64,000 bases of DNA. Source: Rhodospirillaceae bacterium. GTDB lineage: Bacteria; Pseudomonadota; Alphaproteobacteria; Rhodospirillales; JABHCV01. Where the stretch lies: NCBI GenBank assembly GCA_018671895.1, contig JABHGV010000058.1, positions 12,759-76,758 on the forward strand, in the 5' to 3' direction. How positions within the stretch are numbered: the first letter of the stretch is position 1; the number at the start of each line of letters is the position of its first letter. A program made the translations under genes and the position numbers. Under the pieces are notes generated by a model that saw nothing but the letters and a program-made list of their open reading frames with translations, did not search any database and was not told the origin of the DNA. Below, piece after piece: positions 45,447 through 55,311 of this stretch.

Positions 45447-47849
45447 ATGGATTTCAATATTAACACGATGTCCTGGGGGGGGAGGTCGCAAAAGCTGTTT
45501 AGCCAACTGAATTTGGGAACCAAGGTCGCCTTGCTGGTCAGCACCATTCTGGTGGTGGTTTCGCTTGTCGGCACGGCTTTGTTTGTCAAAATCCAATTCC
45601 AAACCTTCGAGTCCGATGCGCTGCGTGGCGCGACAGTTGCGCTGACTTTGCTTGAATCCCTGCATACGGAAACAATGCTCCACCGAACGAACCAAGAAGA
45701 CAAATATACGACCATTCGTAATCTTAACAGCATCATGAACCGGGTCGAGATGAATTCAAACAAGTTGAATTTATGGCTTGTGCAGGGACCAAAAATTATT
45801 GAATTTCAGAAAAGGAATAATCGTTATGTTGAGCCCCCCCAGGACGATATAGATCGGCAGGTCATGTCAACCGGAAAACCAGTCCAGAAAATGCGGTCAG
45901 ACAACGTTTTTCGTCTGACCTGGCCGGTCATCATGGGACAAGGCATGGCCAGCGATACAAAGTGCCTGACATGCCATAACGAAACAATGGGCATACATAA
46001 TGATGATATCATTGGCGCCTATTCCGTCGCCTTTAACGTCACAAACGCCAGACACCGCTTAAACAAAGAGTCAACGAATGCCATTGCTCTCGCCATCCTG
46101 GCTTCCACCCTGATCGCCATTTCGACGGCCTTGTTTCTTAACAAAATTGCCGGTCGGCCGTTGACCGAGATGACCGGGCTGATGCGTCGTCTTGCCAACG
46201 ATGATCTTGATGTCAAAATTCCAGAACACAATCGATCCGATGAAATCGGCGAGATGGCTCGTGCACTTCAGGTGTTTCGGAAAAACACAATACGGCGCCA
46301 TACCGCTGAAGCTGAAAGTCATACCAGTGAAGTCTACCTGAATTCAGTTGTGAAAAGCATGCTTAACGGGCTGATCGTTATCGATGCCCAGGGCATCGTG
46401 CAATCATACAACCCGGCCGCGGCCAGGATATTCCTGTACGAAGAAGGCGAAGTGCTTGGACAAAATGTTTCCATGTTGATGCCTGAACCGGATCACTCTC
46501 AACACGACCAATATCTGAGCCGTTATCTGAGCGATGCAAAACCACACATCATCGGTTCTGGCCGAGAAGTAAAAGGCAAGCGCAAGAACGGCGACGTATT
46601 TCCGATGGAGTTATCTGTCAACGAAATCAAAATCGGCAGCAAGCATATGTTCGTCGGCACGATTAATGATATCACCGAGCACAACAAAATGACCGAAGCG
46701 CTGGTCGACAGCGAAGGACGATTCAGGGATTTCGCCCAGGCCGCATCTGACTGGTTCTGGGAAACAGATGAAAATCTTAATTTCACCTATATTTCAGAAC
46801 AGTTTTTCAGACTGTCAAAAATTCGTAAGGAAGACATTATCGGTCAGCATCTGTTCAAGGTTATATCCGAGAATAGTGGCTCCGATGCATCCAAAGATAT
46901 TCTTCAAGAATCGATCGACATCACAGAAGTATTTCATGACTTCAGTTACGACATCAAAGGGCGTGACGGCTCTCTTTCATATGTCAGCCTGAACGGCATG
47001 CCGTACTTTTCCGAGGAAGGAATTTTTTGCGGTTACCGTGGCACCGGCACCGACATCACCAAGCGTAAGACCGCCGAGATGCAACTTCTTGCAGCCAAGG
47101 AAGACGCCGAATCAGCCAGCAAGGCCAAGTCGGATTTCCTGGCAAATATGAGTCATGAATTGCGAACGCCACTTAATGCCATCATTGGCTTTTCAGAAAC
47201 CATGTCATCGGGAATCGTTGGCGAGGTAGAGAACGAAACCCACCGCGAGTACACGAAGCATATTTTTGAATCCGGCATCCATCTGTTGGGGCTGATCAAC
47301 ACGATCCTCGACCTGTCACGCATCGAATCCGGCAAAATGTCTCTACGTCCTGAAAAAATTGATTTGCCCGAGTTCCTGCGTGAATTGGTCAATTCCGTCG
47401 AACCGCTGATGAAAAAGAACAACAACAAATTATCTCTGGATATGGCCAATAATATTGGTTCTATCCATTCAGACCCTGTCGCGCTTACTCAAATTCTGCT
47501 CAATCTTCTGGATAATGCGGGCAAGTTTACGACCCATGGAAAAATTTCCCTGTCAGTCGAACACACCACGGAACCCCTCGTCGACTCTGTTACTTTCACC
47601 ATTACGGACAGCGGAATTGGAATGTCAGAAGTCCAGATGGAGAAGCTTTTCCATCCGTTCTCGCAGGGTGACTCAATGATCAGCAAAGTGTACGGAGGCA
47701 CCGGGCTGGGCCTGTCAATTTGTCGAAGGATCTGTGACATGATGGGCGGTGAGATTTCCGTAGAAAGCACACTGGATGTCGGCTCTGTATTCACCGTCAC
47801 CATTCCGGTGTCTTTCGAAAATCAGCAGAATTCTGACGACAGCATTTAA
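45447..47849 (+). CDS. sensor histidine kinase: TM, periplasmic CxxCH (Tll0287/DUF3365-like) domain, TM, HAMP, FixL-type heme PAS, PAS, HisKA, HATPase
   Basis: CLTCH is encoded at 45963-45977. The FixL-like PAS reads [48 protein letters not shown]. The H-box is [12 protein letters not shown] and the G-box is GGTGLGLSI. Confidence 0.85.
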   Translation: MDFNINTMSWGGRSQKLFSQLNLGTKVALLVSTILVVVSLVGTALFVKIQFQTFESDALRGATVALTLLESLHTETMLHRTNQEDKYTTIRNLNSIMNRVEMNSNKLNLWLVQGPKIIEFQKRNNRYVEPPQDDIDRQVMSTGKPVQKMRSDNVFRLTWPVIMGQGMASDTKCLTCHNETMGIHNDDIIGAYSVAFNVTNARHRLNKESTNAIALAILASTLIAISTALFLNKIAGRPLTEMTGLMRRLANDDLDVKIPEHNRSDEIGEMARALQVFRKNTIRRHTAEAESHTSEVYLNSVVKSMLNGLIVIDAQGIVQSYNPAAARIFLYEEGEVLGQNVSMLMPEPDHSQHDQYLSRYLSDAKPHIIGSGREVKGKRKNGDVFPMELSVNEIKIGSKHMFVGTINDITEHNKMTEALVDSEGRFRDFAQAASDWFWETDENLNFTYISEQFFRLSKIRKEDIIGQHLFKVISENSGSDASKDILQESIDITEVFHDFSYDIKGRDGSLSYVSLNGMPYFSEEGIFCGYRGTGTDITKRKTAEMQLLAAKEDAESASKAKSDFLANMSHELRTPLNAIIGFSETMSSGIVGEVENETHREYTKHIFESGIHLLGLINTILDLSRIESGKMSLRPEKIDLPEFLRELVNSVEPLMKKNNNKLSLDMANNIGSIHSDPVALTQILLNLLDNAGKFTTHGKISLSVEHTTEPLVDSVTFTITDSGIGMSEVQMEKLFHPFSQGDSMISKVYGGTGLGLSICRRICDMMGGEISVESTLDVGSVFTVTIPVSFENQQNSDDSI

Positions 47850-47854
47850 GTCGC

Positions 47855-49387
47855 CTACAGCGGGATATTACCGTGCTTTTTCCACGGATTATCGAGCTTC
47901 TTGTTCCTTAGCATTCTAAGGGACCGGCAAATGCGCATGCGAGTGTTGTGCGGCATGATCACATCGTCAATAAAACCGCGATGTCCAACGATAAACGGAT
48001 TGGCAAAACGTTGCCTGTATTCTTCAGTACGTTCCTCGATTTTGTCGTCATCGCCAATGTCGTTCCTGAAAATAATTTCGACCGCTCCTTTTGGTCCCAT
48101 CACTGCAATTTCAGCACTCGGCCAGGCGAAATTAACATCGCCGCGCAGATGTTTGGAGCTCATCACGTCGTAAGCCCCGCCGTAAGCCTTTCGCGTGATC
48201 ACCGTAACTTTCGGCACGGTCGCTTCGGCAAAGGCATACAAAAGTTTCGCCCCGTGTTTGATAATGCCGCCATATTCCTGCGCCGTTCCAGGCAAGAACC
48301 CCGGCACATCGACGAAAGTAACAACGGGGATGTTGAAACAATCACAGAAACGAACAAAGCGCGCTGCTTTTTTCGAAGATTCAATATCAAGGCAACCTGC
48401 CAGCACCATGGGCTGATTGGCAACGATACCGACTGTACTGCCTTCCATACGACCGAAGCCGATCAGAATGTTGCCAGCGTAGTCCGGTTGCAGTTCGAAG
48501 AAATCACCTTCATCGACGACTTTGACGATCAACTCGCGCATGTCATAGGGCTTGTTGGGATTGTCTGGCACCAGCGTGTCGAGTGATTCCTCGATACGGT
48601 TTGGGCTATCGGGTGTCGGGCGAACCGGCGGTTTTTCGCGATTGTTCGCCGGCAGAAAATCAATAAACCGACGCAACATCAACAAAGCATCGGCATCATT
48701 CTCGAAGGCCTTGTCAGCGACGCCTGATTTGGATGTATGGGTCAACGCCCCGCCCAGTTCTTCGTGGGTGACGTCTTCCTGGGTCACTGTCTTAACCACG
48801 TCGGGTCCGGTGACAAACATATAAGATGTATTTTCGACCATGAATATGAAGTCTGTCATAGCCGGTGAGTATACCGCGCCGCCTGCACACGGCCCCATAA
48901 TCATCGACACCTGCGGCACGACACCACTGGCCAGCACGTTACGCTGGAAGACTTCTGCGTATCCAGCCAACGAATCGACGCCTTCCTGAATGCGGGCACC
49001 GCCTGAATCGTTCAACCCGATCACCGGTGCCCCGACCTTCATCGCCTGATCCATGATCTTGCAGATTTTTTCAGAATGAGATTCCGACAACGAACCGCCC
49101 AATACGGTGAAGTCCTGACTGAAGACAAAAACCAGTCGACCATTGATCTGGCCGTATCCGGTAACGACACCATCCCCAGGAATGGTTTGCTTACTCATAT
49201 TGAAATCAGAACATCGATGTTCGACGAACATGTCCCATTCTTCGAAGCTGTCCGGATCTAGCAGCATCTCAATACGCTCGCGCGCCGTCAGCTTGCCCTT
49301 TTTGTGCTGGTTCTCGATGCGCTTTTTGCCGCCGCCGAGGCGGGCCTGCTGACGCTTTTCTTCAAGTTGACGAATAATATCGTGCAT
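47855..49387 (-). CDS. pccB: propionyl-CoA carboxylase beta subunit (carboxyltransferase)
   Basis: 510 aa. The N-terminus reads [13 protein letters not shown]. Carboxyltransferase motifs SGGARIQEG and AYGGAYDVM are present. Confidence 0.92.
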   Translation of the reverse strand: MHDIIRQLEEKRQQARLGGGKKRIENQHKKGKLTARERIEMLLDPDSFEEWDMFVEHRCSDFNMSKQTIPGDGVVTGYGQINGRLVFVFSQDFTVLGGSLSESHSEKICKIMDQAMKVGAPVIGLNDSGGARIQEGVDSLAGYAEVFQRNVLASGVVPQVSMIMGPCAGGAVYSPAMTDFIFMVENTSYMFVTGPDVVKTVTQEDVTHEELGGALTHTSKSGVADKAFENDADALLMLRRFIDFLPANNREKPPVRPTPDSPNRIEESLDTLVPDNPNKPYDMRELIVKVVDEGDFFELQPDYAGNILIGFGRMEGSTVGIVANQPMVLAGCLDIESSKKAARFVRFCDCFNIPVVTFVDVPGFLPGTAQEYGGIIKHGAKLLYAFAEATVPKVTVITRKAYGGAYDVMSSKHLRGDVNFAWPSAEIAVMGPKGAVEIIFRNDIGDDDKIEERTEEYRQRFANPFIVGHRGFIDDVIMPHNTRMRICRSLRMLRNKKLDNPWKKHGNIPL

Positions 49388-49412
49388 TGGAACCTCGTGT
49401 TTTGCAGTTACC

Positions 49413-50135
49413 TTATACCAAGGACGATGCGAGTGTCATGAATTTGGCAGCCGTGGCGATATCAGCCCGTAAATTTTGATGCCGTTTCGCTGCCTCCATA
49501 TCCTGCCCCCAGCGTTCATTCTGGTAAATTTCATCCAATTCAGCGGCATTAAAGGCCGCATCGGCAGTGATGTGGGCATCGGCAGCGGCGAGCGCAATAA
49601 TCAACGATCCTGTCACAGTAGTCAGTGCAGAAACCCCGGTAAGTCCGAAACTGTCGAATTCCTGAAGTCGCCTCTCGAACAGTTCGGCATTTTCTGCTGG
49701 TTGCGTTACGGGCAACAATCCTGTCGTCGTCTGCATCTGAACGCCGATAGTATCGCCGGCCCAATCAATCAATCCTTGCCAGCAATCGTGTTGACGGCGC
49801 GCCAGATCCTCAGGCGCATCGACCCTGTAGCACACCATGTCCATGGCGCCATAACCGAGGGTTTCCTTAATAACGTCGGTGCGTCTTTTGTTGGTTCTGT
49901 CGCAAGCGGTATTTGCAAGACCAGACAGAGGCATTGAGCGAGGGTCGACCGTTTCACCCTGAGCCCGCCACTCATCGGCAATGGCATCTGCCAGTTTCCG
50001 ACTCATCAAGACGAGAGGTTGACCAAGCGGCGTTGGAACCGCACGTCCATCAAGGGTTACGCCAAAACCGTCATCGACGGCATTCACGTCAACCGTATCG
50101 TAAAAACGCTTTGCAGAAGATGATGTCTCTGGCAT
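49413..50135 (-). CDS. ATP12 family F1-ATPase assembly chaperone
   Basis: KRFYDTVDV...[21 protein letters not shown]... matches the typical ATP12 N-terminus as I remember it. Confidence 0.7.
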   Translation of the reverse strand: MPETSSSAKRFYDTVDVNAVDDGFGVTLDGRAVPTPLGQPLVLMSRKLADAIADEWRAQGETVDPRSMPLSGLANTACDRTNKRRTDVIKETLGYGAMDMVCYRVDAPEDLARRQHDCWQGLIDWAGDTIGVQMQTTTGLLPVTQPAENAELFERRLQEFDSFGLTGVSALTTVTGSLIIALAAADAHITADAAFNAAELDEIYQNERWGQDMEAAKRHQNLRADIATAAKFMTLASSLV

Positions 50136-50140
50136 CGCGA

Positions 50141-50839
50141 TCAGGCACCCATAAGACGCGTCATGGCATCGGAGATATCGCCGAAACGATCAATGACAAT
50201 GTCGGCCCCGGATTCTTTCAATTCATTACTTTCGTGGTATCCCCAGGCGACGCCAATGGCCATAGTTCCGGCATTCATAGCCATTTCCATATCAAAAGTG
50301 GTATCGCCAATCATGACCACCCTCGCGGCATCAACACCTGTTTCGGACATGGCATTGTGAAGCATTTCAGGATGTGGCTTGCCAGCCGCTCTGTCTGCTG
50401 TTTGCAGGGTAACAAAGCGCCCTTCAAGATCATGCGTGCCAAGCGTCGAGACCAGCCCCCGGTGCGCTTTCCCCGTGGCGACGCCAAGCAGCCAGCCGTC
50501 TTGTTCCAATATGTCGAGGGCTTCGATAGCACCTGTATATAATGGTTCGTGGACCTCACCCTTGTCGCGAAGACCGGAAAAGACCCGGCGATACCCTTCG
50601 CGAATATCCCATACTGCCGCATCATCAAAATCTGGGAACAACCCGGCTATTGCCGTTTCAAGCGGCAGACCAATGATCCTGCGCACGGCATCGGACGCTG
50701 GCGGTGGTGCTCCATGATCAATGCAGGCCTGCTGCATGGAATGAACGATCGAATGAAGTGAGTCTACAAGCGTTCCGTCACAATCGAAGACGGCCAGCTT
50801 TAATTGATTTGATTGGTCAGACGGTGAAGCAGTATCCAA
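50141..50839 (-). CDS. HAD family hydrolase (phosphoglycolate phosphatase-like)
   Basis: AVFDCDGTLVDS (DxDGT), GVATGK and IGDTTFDMEMA are present. Confidence 0.8.
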   Translation of the reverse strand: MDTASPSDQSNQLKLAVFDCDGTLVDSLHSIVHSMQQACIDHGAPPPASDAVRRIIGLPLETAIAGLFPDFDDAAVWDIREGYRRVFSGLRDKGEVHEPLYTGAIEALDILEQDGWLLGVATGKAHRGLVSTLGTHDLEGRFVTLQTADRAAGKPHPEMLHNAMSETGVDAARVVMIGDTTFDMEMAMNAGTMAIGVAWGYHESNELKESGADIVIDRFGDISDAMTRLMGA

Positions 50840-50908
50840 CGGTGGCGTTCCTTACTCAGATAAACGCCGATCATCATACAGAAACATGAGGGAGAATGCC
50901 GATAAATT

Positions 50909-51262
50909 TTACTGCCCGGCAAGGCATTTTGTGACGTTGACGCGCGCTTCAAGCGCCTTGACGTATTCCACCAGTTTTTCACCTGAAATAGTCATGCCCT
51001 TGCTCTTGAACACGGCACTTCCACCACGTTCATGAATGGCTTTCATACTGTCCAACTGTCTCTGCCACTTGGCAACGTAAGCAGCCCAATCACCATCATG
51101 CTTGCGTTTGACATAGGATTTGATGCTGTCGTGTGTTGCCGTCGACCAGAATTCACTTTTTGGCAACGGATCGCATTCAGTCGCCTGGGCGAGCGAAGTC
51201 GTCGTCGCAAAGACAACAAGAATGCTTGCAAGAACAAGCCTGTTCAGATGCTTAAAGGTCAT
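50909..51262 (-). CDS. secreted two-cysteine hypothetical protein (tandem paralog 1)
   Basis: Signal peptide MTFKHLNRLVLASILVVFATTTSLAQA. The mature part ECDPLP...RKHDGDW...VTKC is about half identical to the next gene. Confidence 0.55.
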   Translation of the reverse strand: MTFKHLNRLVLASILVVFATTTSLAQATECDPLPKSEFWSTATHDSIKSYVKRKHDGDWAAYVAKWQRQLDSMKAIHERGGSAVFKSKGMTISGEKLVEYVKALEARVNVTKCLAGQ

Positions 51263-51329
51263 CGATTCAGTCATACCAAACAACTTCGTGTTCGCCACAG
51301 AACCGCAATACGATATCAGGTTCCAGGAC

Positions 51330-51797
51330 TTAGTTGTTACCTGTATCTGTAACTTCTCTGGCCACCTGTTCTGTCATGCCGCTATCAGACAAACACGCGT
51401 TCACGGTGACCCTGACTTCAAGCGCTTCGACATACTCAGACAGTTTAGCGCCACTCAGGACCAGGCCTTTTTTCTTGAAAACAGCTGTCCCGTCCCGGGC
51501 TTCGATCTTGCGCATGGATTTCAGCTGACGCTCCCACTTTTTCATATAGGGATGCCAGTCGCCGTTGTGTTTGCGTTCAACGTAGGAAGAAATTTTTTCA
51601 TGGCTGGTCTTACCCCACCAGGCACCTTCAGGGATCTGGTCGCACTCGCCAATAGCGTAGGTTGGATTGGAAACCCGAATTGAGACATTTTCGCACGAGG
51701 ATGCATCCAGTAGAGTCGACCTATGTGAAGTCTGCCGCAATATTGCAACGCTGATGGCTCCCATTGCCATCAAGGAACAACGATCCATCGAGGTCAC
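51330..51797 (-). CDS. tandem paralog 2 of the two-cysteine protein; N-terminus uncertain or possibly defective
   Basis: The homologous core ECDQIP...RKHNGDW...VNAC spans 51330-51647. The upstream part of the ORF has no convincing signal peptide. It is antisense to a kinase remnant. Confidence 0.4.
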   Translation of the reverse strand: MTSMDRCSLMAMGAISVAILRQTSHRSTLLDASSCENVSIRVSNPTYAIGECDQIPEGAWWGKTSHEKISSYVERKHNGDWHPYMKKWERQLKSMRKIEARDGTAVFKKKGLVLSGAKLSEYVEALEVRVTVNACLSDSGMTEQVAREVTDTGNN

Positions 51798-52158
51798 AGG
51801 TGCTGAAATGCCTGTTCTTGTCGTTGGCAGTCGTGAATCCCTGGAACAGGCCGTTCGAAACCTTGTCGAGAATGCTATTCGCTATTCTGCCAGGGGAACG
51901 GTCATAACCCTTGATGTCGAGGACGCAGACGCCCCGGCCATTCGTGTCATTGACAGGGGGCAGGGGATTGATCCTGAAATGCGCCAGAAGATTTTTCGGC
52001 GTTTCCAGCGTGCCGACAGGCGTGCTGGCGGAGCTGGATTGGGGTTGTCCATCGTCCGGCGTACGGTGGAAAACCACAATGCAAAAATCTCTATTGAAGA
52101 TACACCGGGCGGCGGTGCGACTTTCATTATCCGTTTCAAGGATGTTATTCGGCCCTAG
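51667..52158 (+). pseudogene. C-terminal remnant of a histidine kinase (HATPase_c only)
   Basis: N-box RNLVENAIRYS, G1 IDRGQGI and G2 GGAGLGLSIV are present. There is no H-box, sensor domain or credible start. Confidence 0.6.
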
Positions 52159-52516
52159 TAAAACGGCTTGTTATTCAAAAAAATGAACGCATATGAAAGG
52201 TGTCAATTGTGCTGACGCCTTATCATTAGCACAGGGATAGGGCCGATGTGCGGAGTCTTTAAGCAATCCAATAACAGTCTGAAATTATTGGAACTTTTTC
52301 GATAATACAGAGCCGTTAACAATAGCTTAATTAGATAACACTTATATTTTTCACGTTGTCAGGAAACTGTAATGTCAGCCCTTTATCAAGGGCTGCAAAT
52401 AACCCGGACAATAGAAATTTAGAAGAATTTCTAATTAAGGAGAAAGAACCATGACTGGATATCGTTTGATCAGTGTTTTCGGCGCGACTGTTGCAGCATC
52501 GCTTGTGTTTCGTTGT

Positions 52517-52558
52517 CTCGGCCAGACGCTCATTGTCCTCGACCAGCAATAGACGCAT
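52517..52558 (-). pseudogene. remnant of an OmpR-type response regulator N-terminus (about 14 codons)
   Basis: MRLLLVEDNERLAE is followed by unrelated sequence in an AT-rich region. Confidence 0.35.
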
Positions 52559-52631
52559 TACCCCAACCCCAGATTCACTATCAAGAATGGTATATTAGAA
52601 CAGTTTCACCGGTCCTGGTACTCACGGAATG

Positions 52632-53633
52632 TCACGATAAGTTTATTTGATCGCTGCCAGCAAACGGGTCTAGTTCGGCGTCTTCATCAAAACCAAGGAA
52701 TTCCCACGTTGCCATCATGTGTTCCGGCAGTGGGGCAATAATTTCGAGCACACCTCCCGAAGGATCGGGAATGCGTATGGCACGGGCATGCAGGTGGAGC
52801 TTGCGGCTTAACCCCGGCCCCTTGAGGAAGGCTTCAGCACCTCCGTACTTACCATCTCCCATAATCGGCGTTTCCAGCGCCAGGGCGTGAACACGCAGTT
52901 GATGGGTGCGGCCGGTCTCCGGCTCCATCACCAACCAGGCCGCCTTGCGTGACGCTTTCTCGACGGTGCGATAATAGGTAACGGCTCGCTTGCCGCCATC
53001 CGGTTCCGGGACAACGCGCTCGCCCTTAGCGCCCGGCATTTTCGCCAGCGCCAAATCTATTTTCCCATCTTTTGGTTCCGGCACACCGACGACAATTGTC
53101 CAGTACACCTTGCGAGCCGTTTTCGAGCGAAATACCGACGTCAGTTTCGCCGCCTGAGAAGCTCCTCGTGCCAGCACCAGAACGCCCGAAGTATCCTTAT
53201 CCAGTCTATGCACCAGTCGCGGACGTTCCGGCGCTTCGAAACGCAGGGCATCAAGCATGCCATCGACACTGCGGGTAATTCCGGTCCCCCCCTGTACGGC
53301 AAGCCCCGGAGGCTTGTTGATAACGATCAAATTATCATCCATATGCAGGACGGATTCACGGATCATCCGGGCATCTGCGTCGCTGATATCTGCTTTGCTT
53401 TTCACTGGTCTTTTGCCTTCAGGGGCCTTGCCAAGGGGCGGCACCCGAATGGCTTGGCCAGCCTCGATACGCGTCGATGCCTTGGCCCGTTTACCATCAA
53501 GACGAACCTGTCCCTTTCGCAACAGCTTTTGCAGGTGGACATGACTTAGGTCCGGGTAATGACGCTTGAACCAGCGATCAAGACGCAAGTCATCCTCGTC
53601 GTCGGTGACATCAACAGTACTGACCCCGGTCAT
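52632..53633 (-). CDS. RluA-family 23S rRNA pseudouridine synthase (RluC/RluD-like)
   Basis: An S4-like N-terminus (LRLDRWF...LLRKGQVRLDG) and the catalytic motif HRLDKDTSG. Confidence 0.85.
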   Translation of the reverse strand: MTGVSTVDVTDDEDDLRLDRWFKRHYPDLSHVHLQKLLRKGQVRLDGKRAKASTRIEAGQAIRVPPLGKAPEGKRPVKSKADISDADARMIRESVLHMDDNLIVINKPPGLAVQGGTGITRSVDGMLDALRFEAPERPRLVHRLDKDTSGVLVLARGASQAAKLTSVFRSKTARKVYWTIVVGVPEPKDGKIDLALAKMPGAKGERVVPEPDGGKRAVTYYRTVEKASRKAAWLVMEPETGRTHQLRVHALALETPIMGDGKYGGAEAFLKGPGLSRKLHLHARAIRIPDPSGGVLEIIAPLPEHMMATWEFLGFDEDAELDPFAGSDQINLS

Positions 53634-54016
53634 GTCAGTATTTGCCGGAATATGTGCATGCCAGCGTATAAACCGCCAACAGCAAGAAGAACAGATGCTG
53701 TGATATAAAGACCCGCCGATGCCATATGCCCACGCTCAATCAGAACAAAGACATCCAACGAAAATGTAGAAAACGTCGTGAAGCCCCCACATAGGCCAAC
53801 AACAAGGAAGGCTCTCATTTCCTGACTGGGCGACCAAACCAATCCTGATATCTCGATGATTGAGCCAAGGGCGAATGAACCGATAATGTTGACAAGCAAT
53901 GTTCCATAGGGGAACCCGGCATGCAGCCAATGACCGACACCGCTCATCATCAAATAGCGCATGACGGCCCCGAAGGCACCACCGAAGGCGACGGACAAAA
54001 GGATTTTAGCGCTCAT
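53630..54016 (-). CDS. crcB: fluoride efflux channel CrcB
   Basis: 128 aa with four TM helices, GAVMRY and GGFTTFSTF. There are 4-nt overlaps with both neighbours. Confidence 0.85.
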   Translation of the reverse strand: MSAKILLSVAFGGAFGAVMRYLMMSGVGHWLHAGFPYGTLLVNIIGSFALGSIIEISGLVWSPSQEMRAFLVVGLCGGFTTFSTFSLDVFVLIERGHMASAGLYITASVLLAVGGLYAGMHIFRQILT

Positions 54017-55311
54017 TTATCAGAATCCTGTTTCTGTTCGCGCAGTTTATCCCAATAGGCCAAGCGTTTGGTAATTTCACGCTCGAACCCCCTGTCTTTC
54101 GGCTGATACAACCGCTGACGCTGCATGCCGTCGGGGAAATAGTTATCACCGGAAAAACCGTCTTCCTGATCATGGTCATAGGTATATCCCTCACCATAGC
54201 CCAGGTCCTTCATCATGGATGTCGGCGCATTGAGAATATTCTTTGGCGGCGTTAGTGAGCCTGTTTCTCGTGCTGCCTTAATCGCAGCCTTTTCAGCCTT
54301 GTAGGCGGCATTGGATTTCGGTGCTGTCGCCAAATAGATAACGCACTGTACCAGCGCCAACTCACCTTCCGGCGAGCCAAGGCGTTCGTAAGCTTGCCAG
54401 GCCGACATTGCGTGGCCCAGCGCATCCGGGTCGGCGAGACCAATGTCTTCGACCGCAAACCGAACCAAACGCCGGGCGATGTAATGAGGGTCTTCGCCAC
54501 CGGCAATCATACGGGCGAACCAATACAGGGCGGCATCAGAATCTGAACCCCGCAAGGATTTGTGCAGAGCGCTGATCAGATTGAAATGACCTTCCTGCGA
54601 TTTATCGTACAGGGGCATCCGTCGTTGTACGGCCTCGGTCAGGCGCACTGTATCCAGGGTGTCCTTGATATCCATGGCGAACAGTGTTTCAGCCATATTC
54701 AGCAAATACCGGCCATCGCCATCAGCCATGGCGCGGGTCGCCGACCGGGCGTCGACGTCAAGCGGCAGCGGCTTTCCTTCTTCCGTTTCCGCACGGATCA
54801 GCAACTCTTCCAAAGCCGCGTCATCAAGACAATTGAGGACCAGCACCTGACAGCGTGACAACAGAGCTGCATTCAGCTCGAACGACGGATTTTCAGTCGT
54901 CGCGCCAACAAGGATAACCGTGCCGTCTTCGACATAGGGCAGGAAACCGTCTTGCTGGGCCCTGTTGAAGCGATGCACTTCGTCGATAAACAACAATGTC
55001 CCCTGCCCGGCCTGACGCCGACCACGGGCCGCTTCAAACACCTTGCGCAAATCGGCGACGCCAGAAAAAACCGCCGACAATGGCTCGAAATGCAGGTCCG
55101 TGTGTTCAGCAAGCAAACGTGCGATGGTGGTTTTGCCGGTGCCGGGTGGCCCCCACAGGATAATCGAGGTAATGCTGCCCGCCTTTAACATGCGGCCAAT
55201 GGGGGCATCGTCGCCCAGCAGATGACCCTGCCCGACGACTGAATTCAGATTGTTCGGGCGCAGCCGATCAGCCAGCGGACGTGGTGCTTGTGCCTCGAAT
55301 AGCGTGCTCAT
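54013..55311 (-). CDS. rarA: replication-associated recombination protein A
   Basis: Walker A GPPGTGKTT, Walker B LFIDEVHRFN, and a MgsA C-terminal domain (HFNLISALHKSLRGSD). Confidence 0.9.
   Translation of the reverse strand: MSTLFEAQAPRPLADRLRPNNLNSVVGQGHLLGDDAPIGRMLKAGSITSIILWGPPGTGKTTIARLLAEHTDLHFEPLSAVFSGVADLRKVFEAARGRRQAGQGTLLFIDEVHRFNRAQQDGFLPYVEDGTVILVGATTENPSFELNAALLSRCQVLVLNCLDDAALEELLIRAETEEGKPLPLDVDARSATRAMADGDGRYLLNMAETLFAMDIKDTLDTVRLTEAVQRRMPLYDKSQEGHFNLISALHKSLRGSDSDAALYWFARMIAGGEDPHYIARRLVRFAVEDIGLADPDALGHAMSAWQAYERLGSPEGELALVQCVIYLATAPKSNAAYKAEKAAIKAARETGSLTPPKNILNAPTSMMKDLGYGEGYTYDHDQEDGFSGDNYFPDGMQRQRLYQPKDRGFEREITKRLAYWDKLREQKQDSDK

Noticed and set aside
53630-54100. A fluoride riboswitch in front of crcB.
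   Set aside because: The crcB start overlaps the rarA stop, so no leader exists.
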